64,000 bases of DNA from the human T2T-CHM13v2.0 reference genome, Homo sapiens, in assembly GCF_009914755.1 (NCBI RefSeq), contig NC_060930.1, one strand, 5' to 3'. Positions 1 to 13,587 of this stretch are shown here, one piece after another. Position 1 is the stretch's first letter; each line of letters opens with the position of its first letter. The notes beneath the pieces were generated by a model, which ran no database searches, was not told the DNA's origin, and was given only the letters and a program-made list of their open reading frames with translations. The translations under genes and the position numbers were made by a program.

Positions 1-21
1 CCTCCCCACTCTCCAGTCCAG
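1..21 (+). other. candidate exon 3' end (5' splice donor at 21/22)
   Basis: CAG|gtaagg is a strong donor motif. Upstream context lies outside the window. Confidence 0.3.
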
Positions 22-744
22 GTAAGGCACTTGAGGAGTTAGCAACATCTCTGTAGGATCCTCTATGCTATGGTTAAAAGCTGAAAATTAAAGCCATGCT
101 CTTCAGTCAATACTCCTGAAATAACTCTCAGAATAATTTATTGAATCCTTTCAAGGAGAACTGGGAAAGTAAATTTAGCATATTATTTCTGACTTTGAAG
201 TATAATATGTCAGACTACTTTTCTATTTATGTTATGTTTTATTTAATGATTGCTAAGAGTTATGAGTAAATACAGATTCCTAAATAAGAGGAATTGAAAT
301 GTAGATCAGGAAACAGGAAAAATAAATGAGCAAATTGTTTAATTTGGATTTGGTATGCAATTGTTTAAGAAAAATGATCATCTCTTCGTTTTAATGAATA
401 CTTCCAGATAGTTGGCTTTTAGTGTTGGTACAGGAAATATCAGCTTAGTCTCAGCTTCTCTGTTAATAAAAAATGTGTAAAATTCAAATTTTTGGTAATT
501 TAAGCACATTTGTACTGAGTCATAATCACTAATCACTTTGGCATCTTAGGAAGATTAAACATTGAATCTGATGATAAAATAAAATGTGTTAGGATTAACT
601 GCCAGATATTTGGGCCAATAGCTCTTGGGTCCTGAAAAATGACTTGATTCCAAGGGCTTAAGTCATTGGTAATTAGTGGGAGGAGGATAGTTGTGAGCCA
701 GTTTCCTTTTTCCTTCATCCTGTTTCTCTCCATTTCATTTAAAG

Positions 745-786
745 GACTTGAAAGTGTTCACATGGTCTCTTTAGGTCTTCTGCAAG
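745..786 (+). other. candidate 42-nt exon
   Basis: Long pyrimidine tract (~702-740), AG at 743-744, donor AAG|gtaaga at 786/787. Length is a multiple of 3 and it is open only in phase 1 (LESVHMVSLGLLQ). Confidence 0.35.
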
Positions 787-1426
787 GTAAGAATAGATTT
801 TAAGGTAATAATGCATCAGAATAATGCTGAGAGAAGTAATTCATATTAGTGAAGCCAAAAGTTTACCTTACATTCATTTCACTCTAAAGCAAAAGGTGCA
901 CCAGAGTGAAACAAGACTTGACCTTGCTGATATAGTTACTAGTATCTCAGTGACAGTGATGCCCAGTGGAAGCCAGGAACCCATGCAGGTGTGTGCTTGT
1001 GTGTGGGTAGAGATGGAGAAGTATGAGGGAAAGGGAAGATGTAAAAAAAATGGGGGGGGGGGAGATAGGAATATAAAGGGCACTTTGAATGCTTAATCAA
1101 AAGGGACTTTGGCATAACCAAAGGGCAGCCACATGGGAAGAATAAGAAATGTTTGTACCACCCTCTAGGTTTCAACAGTGTACCTAAGAATCTCTTGAAT
1201 AAGATGGAGTCTTTTCTGGTAAGGATGAAGCCTGTGTAATTTACTTGTGCCTATAGACACTAAAGTCAAAATTACATTTGGTGCATATCCTACTTTCTCA
1301 GGAGCTAAACCTGGACATACATCTGGAGGCATCAATAGGTTTGATTTGAGAAGCTTTATACAACAGCTGGTAATAGTAGCCGACAAATTGAGTTTAAAAC
1401 ATCTGACTTTAAAACCCCTGTCACTA

Positions 1427-2052
1427 TGTCAGAGGCATTTAAACCAGGGTGACTCTGTCTTGAACAGGGGCTAGGTAAACTGAGGTTGAGACCTATTGGG
1501 CTGCATTCCCAGGAGGTTAGGCATTCTAAGTCACAGGAAGAGAGAGGAGGTCAGCACAAGATCCAGGTCACAAAGACCTTGCTGATAAAACAGGTTTCAG
1601 TGAAGAAGCCAGCCCCAAATCCCACCAAAAACAAGATGGTCATGAAAGTGACTTCTGGTTTTCCTCACTGCTCATTATACACTAACTGTAATGCATTAGC
1701 ATGCCTAAAAGACACTCCCACGAGTGCCATGATAGTTTGCAAATGCCACGGAAATGTCAGGAAGTTACGCTGCATAGTCTACAAAGGGGAGGAACCCTCA
1801 GTTTTGGGAATTGTCCACCTCTTTCTTGGAAAACTCCTGAATAATCCACCCATTGTTTAGCATATAATCAATAAATAACTATTAAGTATTATCAGTCGAG
1901 CAGCCCAAGCTGCTGCTCTGCCTATGGAGTAGTCATTCTTTATTCCTTTATTTCTCTAATAAACTTGCTTTCACTTTATGGTCACTGCCTCGAATTCTTT
2001 TTGAATGAAAACCTTCTCTTGGGGTCTGGATAGGGACCCCTTTTTGGTAACA
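1427..2052 (+). mobile_element. MER41B solo LTR (ERV1)
   Basis: TGTCAGAGGC...GGTAACA termini, ~626 bp, collinear with the MER41B consensus, including the AATAAA signal and the tandem GAS region. Confidence 0.9.
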
Positions 2053-3052
2053 CCTTTAGTGAACCAGCTAAGGTACATTGGATACTTGTCAGTGAGTATA
2101 AATAATGTTAATTTGTTAAAACTTTCCCATTTTTAAGAGCTCCTCTGACAAACTAGAGGCATAGACAGTCTCCAGTGCCAGAGAAAATTACACACGTGAA
2201 GAAGTAGCTGCAAGCTTTTGCCATTGAAGTGTCTTCTCAATTAAAGATGGAGCACTGGCATGATAGCAGACAGTTCAAAGCATGCACACTATATAGATCT
2301 GGTCAAACCAACTCTGATGAACTTTTTACTCAGAATTTCAACTGAAAGAAACCACATTCCCAAATGTTGCTTAATAGATAAAACACGGGAGATCAATTTT
2401 GCCTGAATTTGTATTAGTGCTCCATGAAATTATGATACCATCACACCTCTATCCCTGTTATTAGGATATGCTTTCTTGAAATTTTATTTCATTTTTGAGA
2501 AGAATGATGCAGACTTTTTTTCTGTCAACAAAGAATCATCATAGACAATGTAAGCCTCAGAGACACTTATCTTGACAATTTTTTTTAACAAAAGGCTACA
2601 CTTGTAATTTTCAAAATAACCTCACTAACCCATGAAAAATATTATTTTTAGATTTATATAATGATGCATAATGACTCTTCTCTGATAAGCTTTGGTTTCA
2701 TCATCCATCAACAAAAGGAACTCTTTTTGTTCCTTTAGTATTTAAACACTTTTATTATTAGACACTTTTAATAAGCTTATATAAGGTTTTAGTACAAATA
2801 TTACCATTAATCTTGCTGTGTCTATCTACTATGAAAGATAAAAGCTAGTTTCAAATCAGAACTGTAAAACAAAATTTGTTACTGTTACAGAACATATTTT
2901 AATTTACACCCATATTTTAAAACTGGATATGTATAAAAATGCTATGAAAGGTTAAAATTCTAAACAAGTAGAACACATGAAGAACATGTTCACTCCTTAT
3001 CTAAATACAGGCTTTAAATCAGCATCAAAACCACTTTTAAAAATAGATCATA

Positions 3053-4283
3053 GGAATAATCAATATCATAAAAATGGCCATATTACCCAAAGTAATTTAT
3101 AGATTCAGTGCTATTCTCATCAAGATACCATTTACTTTCTACACAGAACCAGGCAAAACTACTTTGAATTTTATATGGAACCATAAAAGAGCCCATATAG
3201 CGAAGACAAGCCTAAGCAAAAAGAAAAAAGCTGGAGGCATCATGCTACCTGACTTCAAACTACACTACAAGGCTTCAGTAACCAAAAGAGCGTGGTACTG
3301 GTACCAAAACAGATATATAGACCAATGGAACAGAACAGCAGCCTCAGAAGTAACACCACACATCTACAACCATCTGGTCTTCGACAAACCTGACCAAAAA
3401 AAAAAAAAAAAAAAAAAAGCAATGGGGAAAGGAGTCCCTAGTTAATAAATGGTGTTGGGAAAACTGGCTAGCCATATGCAGAAAACAGAAACTGAACCCC
3501 TTCCTTACACCTTATCCAAAAATTAATTCTAGATGGATTAAAGACTTAAACGTAAAACCTAAAACCATAAAAACCCTAGAAGAACACCTAGGCAATACCA
3601 TTCAGGACACAGGCATGGGCAAAGACTTAATGACTAAAACATCAAAAGCAATTGCAACAAAGCCGAAATTGACAAATGGGATCTAATTAAAGTAAAGAGC
3701 TTCTGCTCAGCAAAAGAAACTATCATCAGAGTGAACAGGCAACCTACAGAATGAGAGAAAAATTTTTCAATCTACCCCTCTGACAAAGGTGTAATATCCA
3801 GAATTTACAAGAAACTTAAACAAATTTACAAGAAAAAAACAAACAACCCCATCAAAAAGTGGACGAAGGATATGAACAGACATCTCTCAAAAGAAGACAT
3901 TATGCGGCCAAAAAACCTATGAAAAAAAGCTCATCATCACTGGTCATTAGAGAAATGCAAATCAAAACTACAATGAGATACCATCTCATGCCGGTTAGAA
4001 TGGTGATCATTAAAACGTCTGGAAACAATAGATGCTGGTGAGGAGATGAGAACACATGGACACAGGGAGGGGAACATTACACACCGGGGCCTGTTGGGAG
4101 GTGGAAAGAAAGGGGAGGGAGAGTATTAGACAAATACCTAATGCATGTGGGGCTTAAAAGCTAGATGATGGGTTGATAGGTGCAGCAAACCACCATGGTA
4201 CATGTATACCCATGTAACAAACCTGCACGTTCAGCACATGTATCCCAGAAGTTAAAGTAAACTAGAATAAAATAACATAAAAT
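3053..4283 (+). mobile_element. 5'-truncated LINE-1 (L1PA7/8-like) with an internal deletion
   Basis: ORF2 C-terminal translations (3074-3445, 3859-4041), 3'UTR and A-rich tail. TSD aaaaatagatcata 3039-3052 / aaaaaagatcata 4284-4296 at a TT/AAAA site. Confidence 0.93.
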
Positions 4284-4394
4284 AAAAAAGATCATAACTG
4301 TTAAAATATGTACAATACATTAAATATCTTTGTTGATGATTTTATTGTTTTTTCAACATCCCAGAGACAATACAGTTCACTGAATATTCCTGAT

Positions 4395-4738
4395 ACAGTA
4401 CTCTTTTCCCAAACTCCCTTGTAGTTTGGTGGTGACCATGCCACCAGTTCTGAGTATACAGAAACATGCATCACTTTCAATCAAAAGTACCTCAAGGCAT
4501 GTGTGACTTATTTCCACTTTCTCTTCTACCTTGATTCTGAAGGCCAAGTGTTCCAGATTGTATGCTAAAATATGGAAGCTGTGTAAATGCTTGTATCAGC
4601 CCTTGGAAGCGAGCTATCCTGGAGAGCCGGAGGGCTCATGGTTACTCCAAATGACAGTGAAATACATTTTAACATACTCAGTCTTAATGGTTTTGGAGTT
4701 GCTACCACACATTGTGTAGCTTGTTCCAACCAAGATAT
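4395..4738 (+). mobile_element. degraded ERVL/MaLR-type LTR fragment
   Basis: Weak resemblance to LTR16/MLT-type LTRs. Confidence 0.3.
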
Positions 4739-4904
4739 TGGCCTAACCAAAGCAGCACTGGCATGCATTAGGACTTTTAATAAGCATTTGCATGTTGTTA
4801 TCTATATTATACAGAATAAATAGTTATGAAGAGATATCTAAGAATACACAATTTGTAGATAAAAATTGGGATTTATGTGTATTTCCCCATGTTGAGGGAC
4901 CTCT

Positions 4905-5172
4905 TCTACTAATTATCTATCATGTCAGACAGTACACTAGGCCTTTATACATGTTTGTCAGCTCACACACAAAACTACCCCATGATATAGGTATTGTTGT
5001 TTTTGTTGTTACTATTATTATCATTTTTAAGATAGGGAAACTGGGACTCAGTGAGGGTAAATAATTCTCAGTGAGAATTATTAGATAAAAGATAGCATAG
5101 ATAAAAGATAGTCATCAGATAAAAGATAGCATAGCCAAGACTGAAGCTCAGTCACTAGACCATGCTGCCTTT
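4905..5172 (-). mobile_element. MIR
   Basis: MIR core (attttt..gatagggaaactgggactcagtgagggtaaataatt). Confidence 0.7.
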
Positions 5173-7896
5173 AGTCTCTGTACTATTTTTTATTTAGACT
5201 GAGATAAATGAAGTAAAATCTTATTTCTAATAGAAAGTGATTTTGTTACTCAGTAAACAATAACTCTTCTTGTTCTTTTCATTTAAAGCATTTTATAGCT
5301 CAGAATATTTATAGAAGAGATATTTGAAAATCCATTTTTAGAGGATTGAATCAAAGATAATATATTTTAGTAAAATAACATATGACTGGCTTCTAAAAAT
5401 CTATCTTAAAGAAGAGGTCCAGAAAAATGGTTGAAACATACTTATTTTTCTTAAGATGCACTTTTTAGGCATGATAGTAAAAAGTGCTTTAAATGATAGT
5501 AAAGCATTTTCATGTGTAGCATCGAATATTTAACAGCATTTTATTTTTCTTATCAATGGTGTTCCAGAATTTGATATAACTTCCAATGTATTCCAAGTCA
5601 TGTGTCAAGTTAGCATGTTAGTCTCTGTAAATTTTGCTTACATTATTTGAAACATAAAATTTGATCCCAAGCAGAGACTATATAATTATTTTATGTTGAT
5701 TTTCCTTCTGATATATTTCTTTTTAAAAAGCAATTTTGCTTTTTTGAATCATAAAATCTTTCAATCTGTTTATTTATAAGCAGCTCCCATGGTTATGCAA
5801 AAATATAGACTTATGCAACTTAAAATGTATGAAATGAATATTGTATTTTCTCACTTAACGGGTATCAAGTAGATTATTTTTAATGCTGAAGTTGACAAAA
5901 GTGAAGTGAGAAAAACATTTCTGCTTATATATTACAAAACTGCATAGCAGTAACATTATGTAAATATTTCTACATGAAATCTATATTGCAAGTCATAAGT
6001 CACCAGGACCTAAACTAGATATTAAGGTTTATGAAGGTGGTTTCATTCAGTGATTTGGTTTTATATTCACTACATTTAAGTAACAATTAACTACATAAAA
6101 ATAAATTAAAACATGAACATATAGATAGATCTCCATCTTGAAAATAGACATGAAGTCATAATTCTGCTTCCAACCTGCCTATGTTGGGGCATTTTAAAAA
6201 TTCCCTTAATTGTACATCCTACTCTGTCTTATATACCCTATTTCAGCACAACAGAACAGAGAAAGAATAAGGTTTCCCTTACAACTCTTAAAACTGATAT
6301 TATCCTATGAAAGTCATTTAGTTATTTTAATTATTTTCATGACACTACCCCCAACAGCTTTCAATTTATTCACAGCTAGTGGGCATCTTTCAGACTATAA
6401 ATAGTTGTAAATCCCTACAGGGCGAACTTTTTGAGAATTATTTTATCTGGGTTCTTAGAAAGCTTCATATGACTATCTTTTGATGTGCTATTTTAATCCT
6501 AATGGAGGAAATTAATATTATTGGAATAATACATATATAAGCTGTATAACTAAACAGCATGGTCATTTTAGTTGATTATTGACCTCTACCACCTCCATTC
6601 CTTCTGCCCTTCTGGTTAAAAGCTCGAGAGAGAGAGGAGAGGGAGTTAGTTCTGCTATTACATATTTTCTTCATGTTGGATTGAAGGTCATTATTTTGAA
6701 CTCATAATTGCCCCTTGGTCTCTCAAACCCCATTAAGCTTAATGGTCTGATTTAATTTGCTTGGCTGGTCTTTACTCTAAAAATACCTTCTACTCCTCCT
6801 GCTTTTCCTTCCCTGATATGAACAGACAAAGCCTGGTTTTAATCCATGTTACATAAAATTTCCAGAGGAACCAATGAACATTCTATTCATGACAAAGATT
6901 TATAGCAATGCCTCTTCCACTTCATCAAAGAGTGCGATTGCATGGCACATACAGAGTGGGCAGACAGATTTTAATGATGCAATTACCAAAGTTTACCTCT
7001 CTGGCTGGTGTAAAAACTGGGCCAACAGGAGTTAAATGTTCCCTCCACAGGAGATCAGGGACAGAATTTTGAATGTCAACTTCTTCCTTACTGAGCTACT
7101 ACATGTTTTCTTTTATACTTCTTCTACTTCCCTCCTCCCTACCCCACCTCCCATCAAGAGACTTATCTTCCACATTCTCACTGCTGTATTGGTTCAAATC
7201 TGCCTTGGACTCTCCTAAAAGTTCTCACAGTGCTGACAGGTCAGTGTAACAGTTTTCCATTAGTAAAGTCCGCATGCATAATTAAAAGGAACTTAGGAGA
7301 CAAAACCATGAACTTGATACTTGTTATCATTATTCAAAATAGGTAGTTTGAGTTTTAAATCTAGAAAATTCTGACTTTTGCCAACAACAGAAAGAAAGTC
7401 CGCAGTTGAATAAACCTATTTTTTTAAAGAGAATAGCAAAAGGAAAACAAAGGCATCTTACAATTAACTTTTTGTTTTGATATTTGTTTAATGATTTGTT
7501 TTATTTTTTAAAAAATTCCAGACCAGTCAAATCTATACAATTTCATATTGATTTTTCAAAATTCAGTATCATTCAACACTTATTCATTTCTTTTCAGAAC
7601 GTTTCTCTTAAATAAAGGTATAGTTTTCTCATTTTAAAGATGTAGTAATTTGTTAAAAGAATCCAGAAAAGTAATATTTACCTACAGAGTCGGAAATCAA
7701 GAAATTAGTTGATTTCAAAAGGCCTCCGTTAAGTACGTACTGAAAAGACACATGATACAATGTAAACACTTCCCTTGGGTTTTTATTAATTTTGTTTTAT
7801 TTCATTTTCTAGACTTTTCCATTTGTCTTTTGGGCTGTATGTACATCAGTGAATGCTAGGAGCGCGGTTGGTCAAATAATGATATGCATATGGATC

Positions 7897-7910
7897 CCTG
7901 TAGGTGGCGC
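7897..7910 (+). promoter_or_regulatory. CTCF core motif
   Basis: CCTGTAGGTGGCGC matches CC[AGT][CG][CT]AG[AG][GT]GGC[AG][CG]; CpGs are retained nearby. Confidence 0.6.
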
Positions 7911-8570
7911 TGCAATCCTGCAAGAATAATTCTAGAGCCACCAACAGGTCTCCATTATGGTCTACCCAGATACTGATTTGGGACGCCTTCAGAAAATGGA
8001 AACGCTAATGAAAAATTAGTTAAATTTAACCAACAGTGATTTGTCCAATTTAAAATTAAAAAGGGAAATCATGTAGAACAAACCTAGGCATAAATATAAG
8101 CACGTACAACACATTTTAAACATCAACACTAAGTCTTCCTTAACCCTAATACTTCCAAATAATCTTTTTTAGAACCCTTGGCAACCCCAGTTTACACACA
8201 CTGAAAAACGACAGTGCAATAAGAAAGATTGCATTGGCTTCTTCAACTGAGTAGTCAAAAGCATAGAATGATATTGAGAGTAATCTAAAAAAAAATAAGC
8301 CTTTTCTAGGCTTAATTTTTATAATTTTTATAATATAATAAAATTATTAAATCTGCCAAATAACAGAAATACTTTCCCATGTTAGCACTTTAAATATTTT
8401 TAATTCTTTATATATTTGAGACTTATAGAGTGAAACAAAAATACAAAGAAAAATTTTATTAGTTGAATCAAAGCCTTAAGTTCATGATTTGTAAGGGGAG
8501 AAAGCACAAAAAAGTATCTGACTTTTTGATAGACTTGACACAGAAGTCAATGGAGACTTGCAGTTTACGT

Positions 8571-8791
8571 CAGGGTTTCTCAATCTTGGCATTGTTTACA
8601 TTTGGAGACAGACAATTCTTTGTCATGGGGGGCTGTGCATTGTAGGATGTGTAGCAGTATCCTTAGTCTCTACCCACTAGATGCCAGTAGCACTCCCCCA
8701 CCCCACTCCCAGTTTGTAACAACCAGAAATGTCTCCAGACACTGCCAAATATCCCTTGGAGGACAAAATTGCTCCTGAGTGAGAACCATTG
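8571..8791 (-). mobile_element. MER20 (hAT-Charlie), full length
   Basis: Terminal inverted repeats cagggtttctcaa / gagaaccattg; the body matches the reverse complement of the MER20 consensus. Confidence 0.9.
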
Positions 8792-9364
8792 GTCTATAGT
8801 TATGTATTTTTTTATACACAAAGGAAGAAGTATGTTGGAAGCGTGTCCTGTGATAAGCTATTCATAAAAATAGTAAGAGTTTGTTTTCTAATTAATTAAT
8901 GTCCCAGAGGACCTAGAAACTTTGAGTATTCATCAACATAGACACAGTAACTCATCTCTATCACTTCAACACACCAAGGCATGCATATATTGTCTTCATC
9001 AAGTTTACATGCATGTTTCTTGTTTGAAATAACTGACTACTGTTTAAAGCTTTATCAAACAATGTAATGGTTAATGGAGTACCTACCATATTAAAATATT
9101 TGGGATTATACCTATTATGTATGCTTTCAGAAGATTACTGGAACATAATCTTCAAATAATAGTGGTTAATGAATTTTCTGGTGCTTTTTTAGGTATTTAC
9201 TTAGAATAACATTGGAATCACTCACCATATTCTTCAATTTGAAGATTAATAATACTCTTGGAATATGACAAAAAATACACTATTCATGGGGTTTACATAT
9301 TTTGGAGAACTAAAAATGTTATGCATCAATTTACATCAGATGCCTAGGGCATCTCTTTGCATAG

Positions 9365-9542
9365 CATGTTAGAATTTGAAGAGACATGCGAAATAATCTT
9401 ACGTCCGGCCACTTTAGTGGTTTTGAAACTGAGGCTTACGGAGGTTAAATAGTGTCCTCAAAATAGCACAGCGAGAGAAAGTTCTGTGACTAGATCCCAG
9501 GTGTCTGGAATGCTTTCCAGTGGCTTCTTCGCCATGTCATGC
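9365..9542 (-). mobile_element. MIR/MIR3
   Basis: gaaactgaggcttacggaggttaaatagtg core. Confidence 0.6.
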
Positions 9543-11359
9543 TTATGGTGGAAGATGGCATCTCAGCTCTGGGTCTACATTTAATCTATTTCTGTATTTT
9601 GAATTTAATAATATCAATGCATAAAATACTGGCTTGCCTAGTTATATTATCAAAATATCGTTTAAAACCTTAAGACCCTGTTTGTTAGTTCAGGTCCACC
9701 AGACTGCCTACTTAAATAAAACAAGTAAAAATGATGGTGAGAAATTCTTAAGTACCTGTTTGATGAAATATCACTTGATAATTCTGGAAAGCTTTCCTGT
9801 TTATTTGAATATTATAGCATTGCTGAAATTGGAATTAAATGAATGCCTGATGTTGATTTTCTTAAAAAAAGAAAAATTCTGTTGCATATTTATTGCTACA
9901 CTTATTTGTAATAAAGTGTGATAAATTCTCTCAAACATGACTACAAGGCCTGCCATAGCATGTGTTTTGTCATTGCTGTTCAAGTTTACCAGGTGCTGTG
10001 TGATAGTTCAATTACCCAATACCTATTTATAAAATCAAAATATTGCAAAATGTTTGTTCCTTCAGCTTTGGGCTCAATTATAAGAAATGCGAAAGCTGAA
10101 ATTCTTTTGAGATATTTGATTAAAATAGGACCATCAGATAATCCACAACATAAATAAAGTATTTTTTGATGTTCATCAAAATAAAAATTGATAAAAAGTA
10201 CTCTTGTCGGGATGCTGCAGACCTAGGAAGGTGGTCTCAGTTTGAGATGAGCTATTCTAATAACAATTCCTTGCCATTTATAAAGAATGATAAAACTGGC
10301 TCTGACCATTGAAATCACCCTTTGAAACCTTCTAACCCACTAAAACAATCCCTTTTTCATTCTATTCAAGATACTCTAACTGAAAAGTGTTTTGACTATC
10401 CCTATATAGAGTTCATATAACCTCAACTTCAAATGTTATGTGTTTATCATCTAGTGGTCTTTATTATATTATAGAAAAAGGGGACACTGAAAACATAATA
10501 AATATTAGTTTGAAACGGGCAGGGAGAAATTGAAAAAAGATTTTTAAAAGATGCAATGACTGTGTAGACAACTCCAACATACCGTTTCCAAATCTAATAC
10601 CATAATTCTGCTTTTAATTAGACTATTCTTGGATCAATCACAATATATTTATTTCAAGTCAGAGCTAAATACCTATGTCCTATATGTGTTACGGTACTTG
10701 ATGTAATGGTGTTGAGGCTAGAAAATGAACCCTAACATGATCACAACTTTAATGAGTGTGAGCTGAAAAAGCTGCTACTTAATGCTGGTCTTTCTACAAG
10801 TGGAAGCTTGAAGTTTGCTTCTGTTAATTTGGGAAAAAAAAATCTTAATTTTTTTAAGTTAAACAAATGAAAAGTAATTATCCACCAATATTATTCATGA
10901 AGAAAACTGTTAAGTGATCTTAGAAGAAAATGAGATGCTTAAAAATTAATGTATATAGGTGGAATCAGAACTGTAACTCTGTAGATTTTTTTTCATTTAT
11001 TTGTTTTCAATGGGACATTGGAATTTGACCTTGTGATCTCATTATATTCTTCCAGATTGGGAGGGACCCCAATCTGTTAACCCCATTCCAAGAAGAAAGC
11101 AGTTTCAGAAATAGTTCCTTCAAGTGGATGTGAATGAGAAAGCTTCATGTAAAATGCATCATTGTAGAACTATCACAACAGAGAATGAACATCTATGTCT
11201 CTCTCTATTGCACTGTAATACTATGAGGCTGGGCATTAGCTTTTTAGATGTTATAGGGATGTGGAAATTGTGAACTAAATTGTGAACTGAACTGCTGAAC
11301 TGCAATCTGTGAGCCCAGTGAAGGTAAGCTACATTTATAGTATCCTGGGGGTCAAGAGA

Positions 11360-11500
11360 AAACTGGAAGAATCAAGGCATCTCTTTGAATCCTTGCTACT
11401 GCATTTACTAGCTGAGGCATTAAGTCATTTAAATTTACTGAACATCAAGTTCCACGTATGTAAAATAAGGAATACAATACTTGACTAAGAGATTTCTTGG
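11360..11500 (+). mobile_element. MIR
   Basis: tttgaatccttgctactgcatttactagctg...tgtaaaataaggaatacaatac. Confidence 0.6.
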
Positions 11501-12204
11501 TAAACAAACAAGCAAAAGGGCTCAAAAGATGGGAAGTATTAGAAAACTTATGTGCATGCTAAATATCAAACCAAACCCACCTCATCATGTCTAGTACATC
11601 TGTATGAGGAAATTCATTTGTTCTCTCTCTCTGTGTGTCTCTCTCTCCTTCATCAGTTCATTGATGTGAGCATCCATCTCTCTCCAATAGAACCTTGGAT
11701 TCTATTTTTTAGCTTTGCCTCCTCTCAGGTGACTTCTGAGCCTCTGACAGGCCCCTTGGCACAATTTTACTTCCCTATTGGCTTGGAAATAGTGTAACCT
11801 ACTCTTGTGACAGACACCAAAGTGCCTACACAGTAGAGAGCATTCAGGTGGCTATCACAAGGAACTAAATACACAGAGGCTGGTGCTAGACCCAATGTAT
11901 GGATAACTGGCTCTTTTCACTCTACTTTTGGCTAGTGAACACAGCTGTCAACTGATACTTCATTCGAGACCTGATAGACCTGATGTTTGATTGTCTTGGC
12001 CACGTTGATAATGTCAATTCATTCATTACTGGGAAACAGGAAGATAAACTTTTTACTTTCCCTTTCATAAATTTGAAATTTTTTGTTATCATTGATTTCT
12101 GCAGATACAGAGAAAGAAAAGACTTCTTTGAACTCTTTGAATAAGAACAGAATTCCCTTCTACCCTGTTTCTGACTTAATACTCCAATAAAAGCTAACCT
12201 TTTA

Positions 12205-12375
12205 ACAACAGCAGCTGATATTTACATAAGATTCACCATGTGTAAGTTCTAGAACCAGTTAGTTCACATGTACTATCTTAGTTAATACACACTGTTAAGA
12301 TTATGAACTAGATAAAATAATATTTTTCTGCATTTTTAGAGATGAAAAAATATATTCTACAGGGTCAGAGTTAGC
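12205..12375 (-). mobile_element. MIR (degraded)
   Basis: Weak match to the MIR tail and core. Confidence 0.45.
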
Positions 12376-12399
12376 CCGTATGTTTTCAATAATTTTTTA

Positions 12400-12800
12400 C
12401 ACATTTGCTTTTTTTTACTTGATGATATATTGCAAACAATTACCTGTGTCTTCACAATTTTTTCAAAAACATATATTGGATCGATTGAATATCCCATGAT
12501 ATTCCATCAGTTAGATGTCTCAAAATTCAATCAACAATTCCTCTATGATTTAATGTTTTATCTGTTGAAAGTTTTGCTAATACAAGTAAGGCTGGCATGA
12601 ATGTTTTATAAAATATTTTTGTCTGTATTTTTCATATTTATAAAAACATTTCTTAAAGCAAAATTATAAATCAAAATTTATGATCATTTTTGAGACCCTT
12701 GACTGATTTCCAGACCGCGTATCACCAGTCACAGTCCCTCCAACAGTGTTAGAGATGATCTCATCACACTATAGTGAATATGAATATTCAATCATTAAGA
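12400..12800 (-). mobile_element. old L1 (L1ME-type) fragment
   Basis: Degenerate match to the L1 ORF2 end/3' region in antisense. Confidence 0.4.
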
Positions 12801-13236
12801 AAGAAAAAGAGTAAGAGAAATAAAAGTAAGTATAGCAATTATTACAATCACGTGATTTAAATGTTTGGCTCTTTCTTCTTTAAACATGTATATAGCTTTT
12901 AATTTTGTAGTATTTTAAAAATGAATTCTATATGACATTATGTAACAGTAACTTTTTCTGTTAGATTTTAGGCAAACATTTTAAAATTTTATTTGCTTTT
13001 TAACTTTTTCAAAAATTTATACTCATAATTTAATTTTTTTTCAAATTAAAATGTACCAAATAATCACATGAAGTTGTATACTTCGTACAAACAGGGTTTT
13101 AATCTTCACAATCCTTCCTGTTTCACATTCTTTAGACTACATACTTAGTAATCTCAAATAATAACATATTCATAATTTATATTTAAAACATGATGTCTTT
13201 GGGTAAATCAATTCATACATATAGACATAACAGAGA

Positions 13237-13256
13237 CACACACACACACACACACA
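13237..13256 (+). repeat. (CA)n microsatellite
   Basis: About 10 CA units. Confidence 0.9.
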
Positions 13257-13289
13257 AAGAATATAGGTTTCTAAGCTCCCCAACTTTTC

Positions 13290-13587
<298 letters not shown>

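Noticed and set aside
1486-1860. 124-aa ORF
   Set aside because: It lies wholly inside the MER41B LTR and starts at a non-ATG codon.
11265-11301. Short tandem duplications (also 15815-15840 and 23482-23505)
   Set aside because: Ordinary slippage events.
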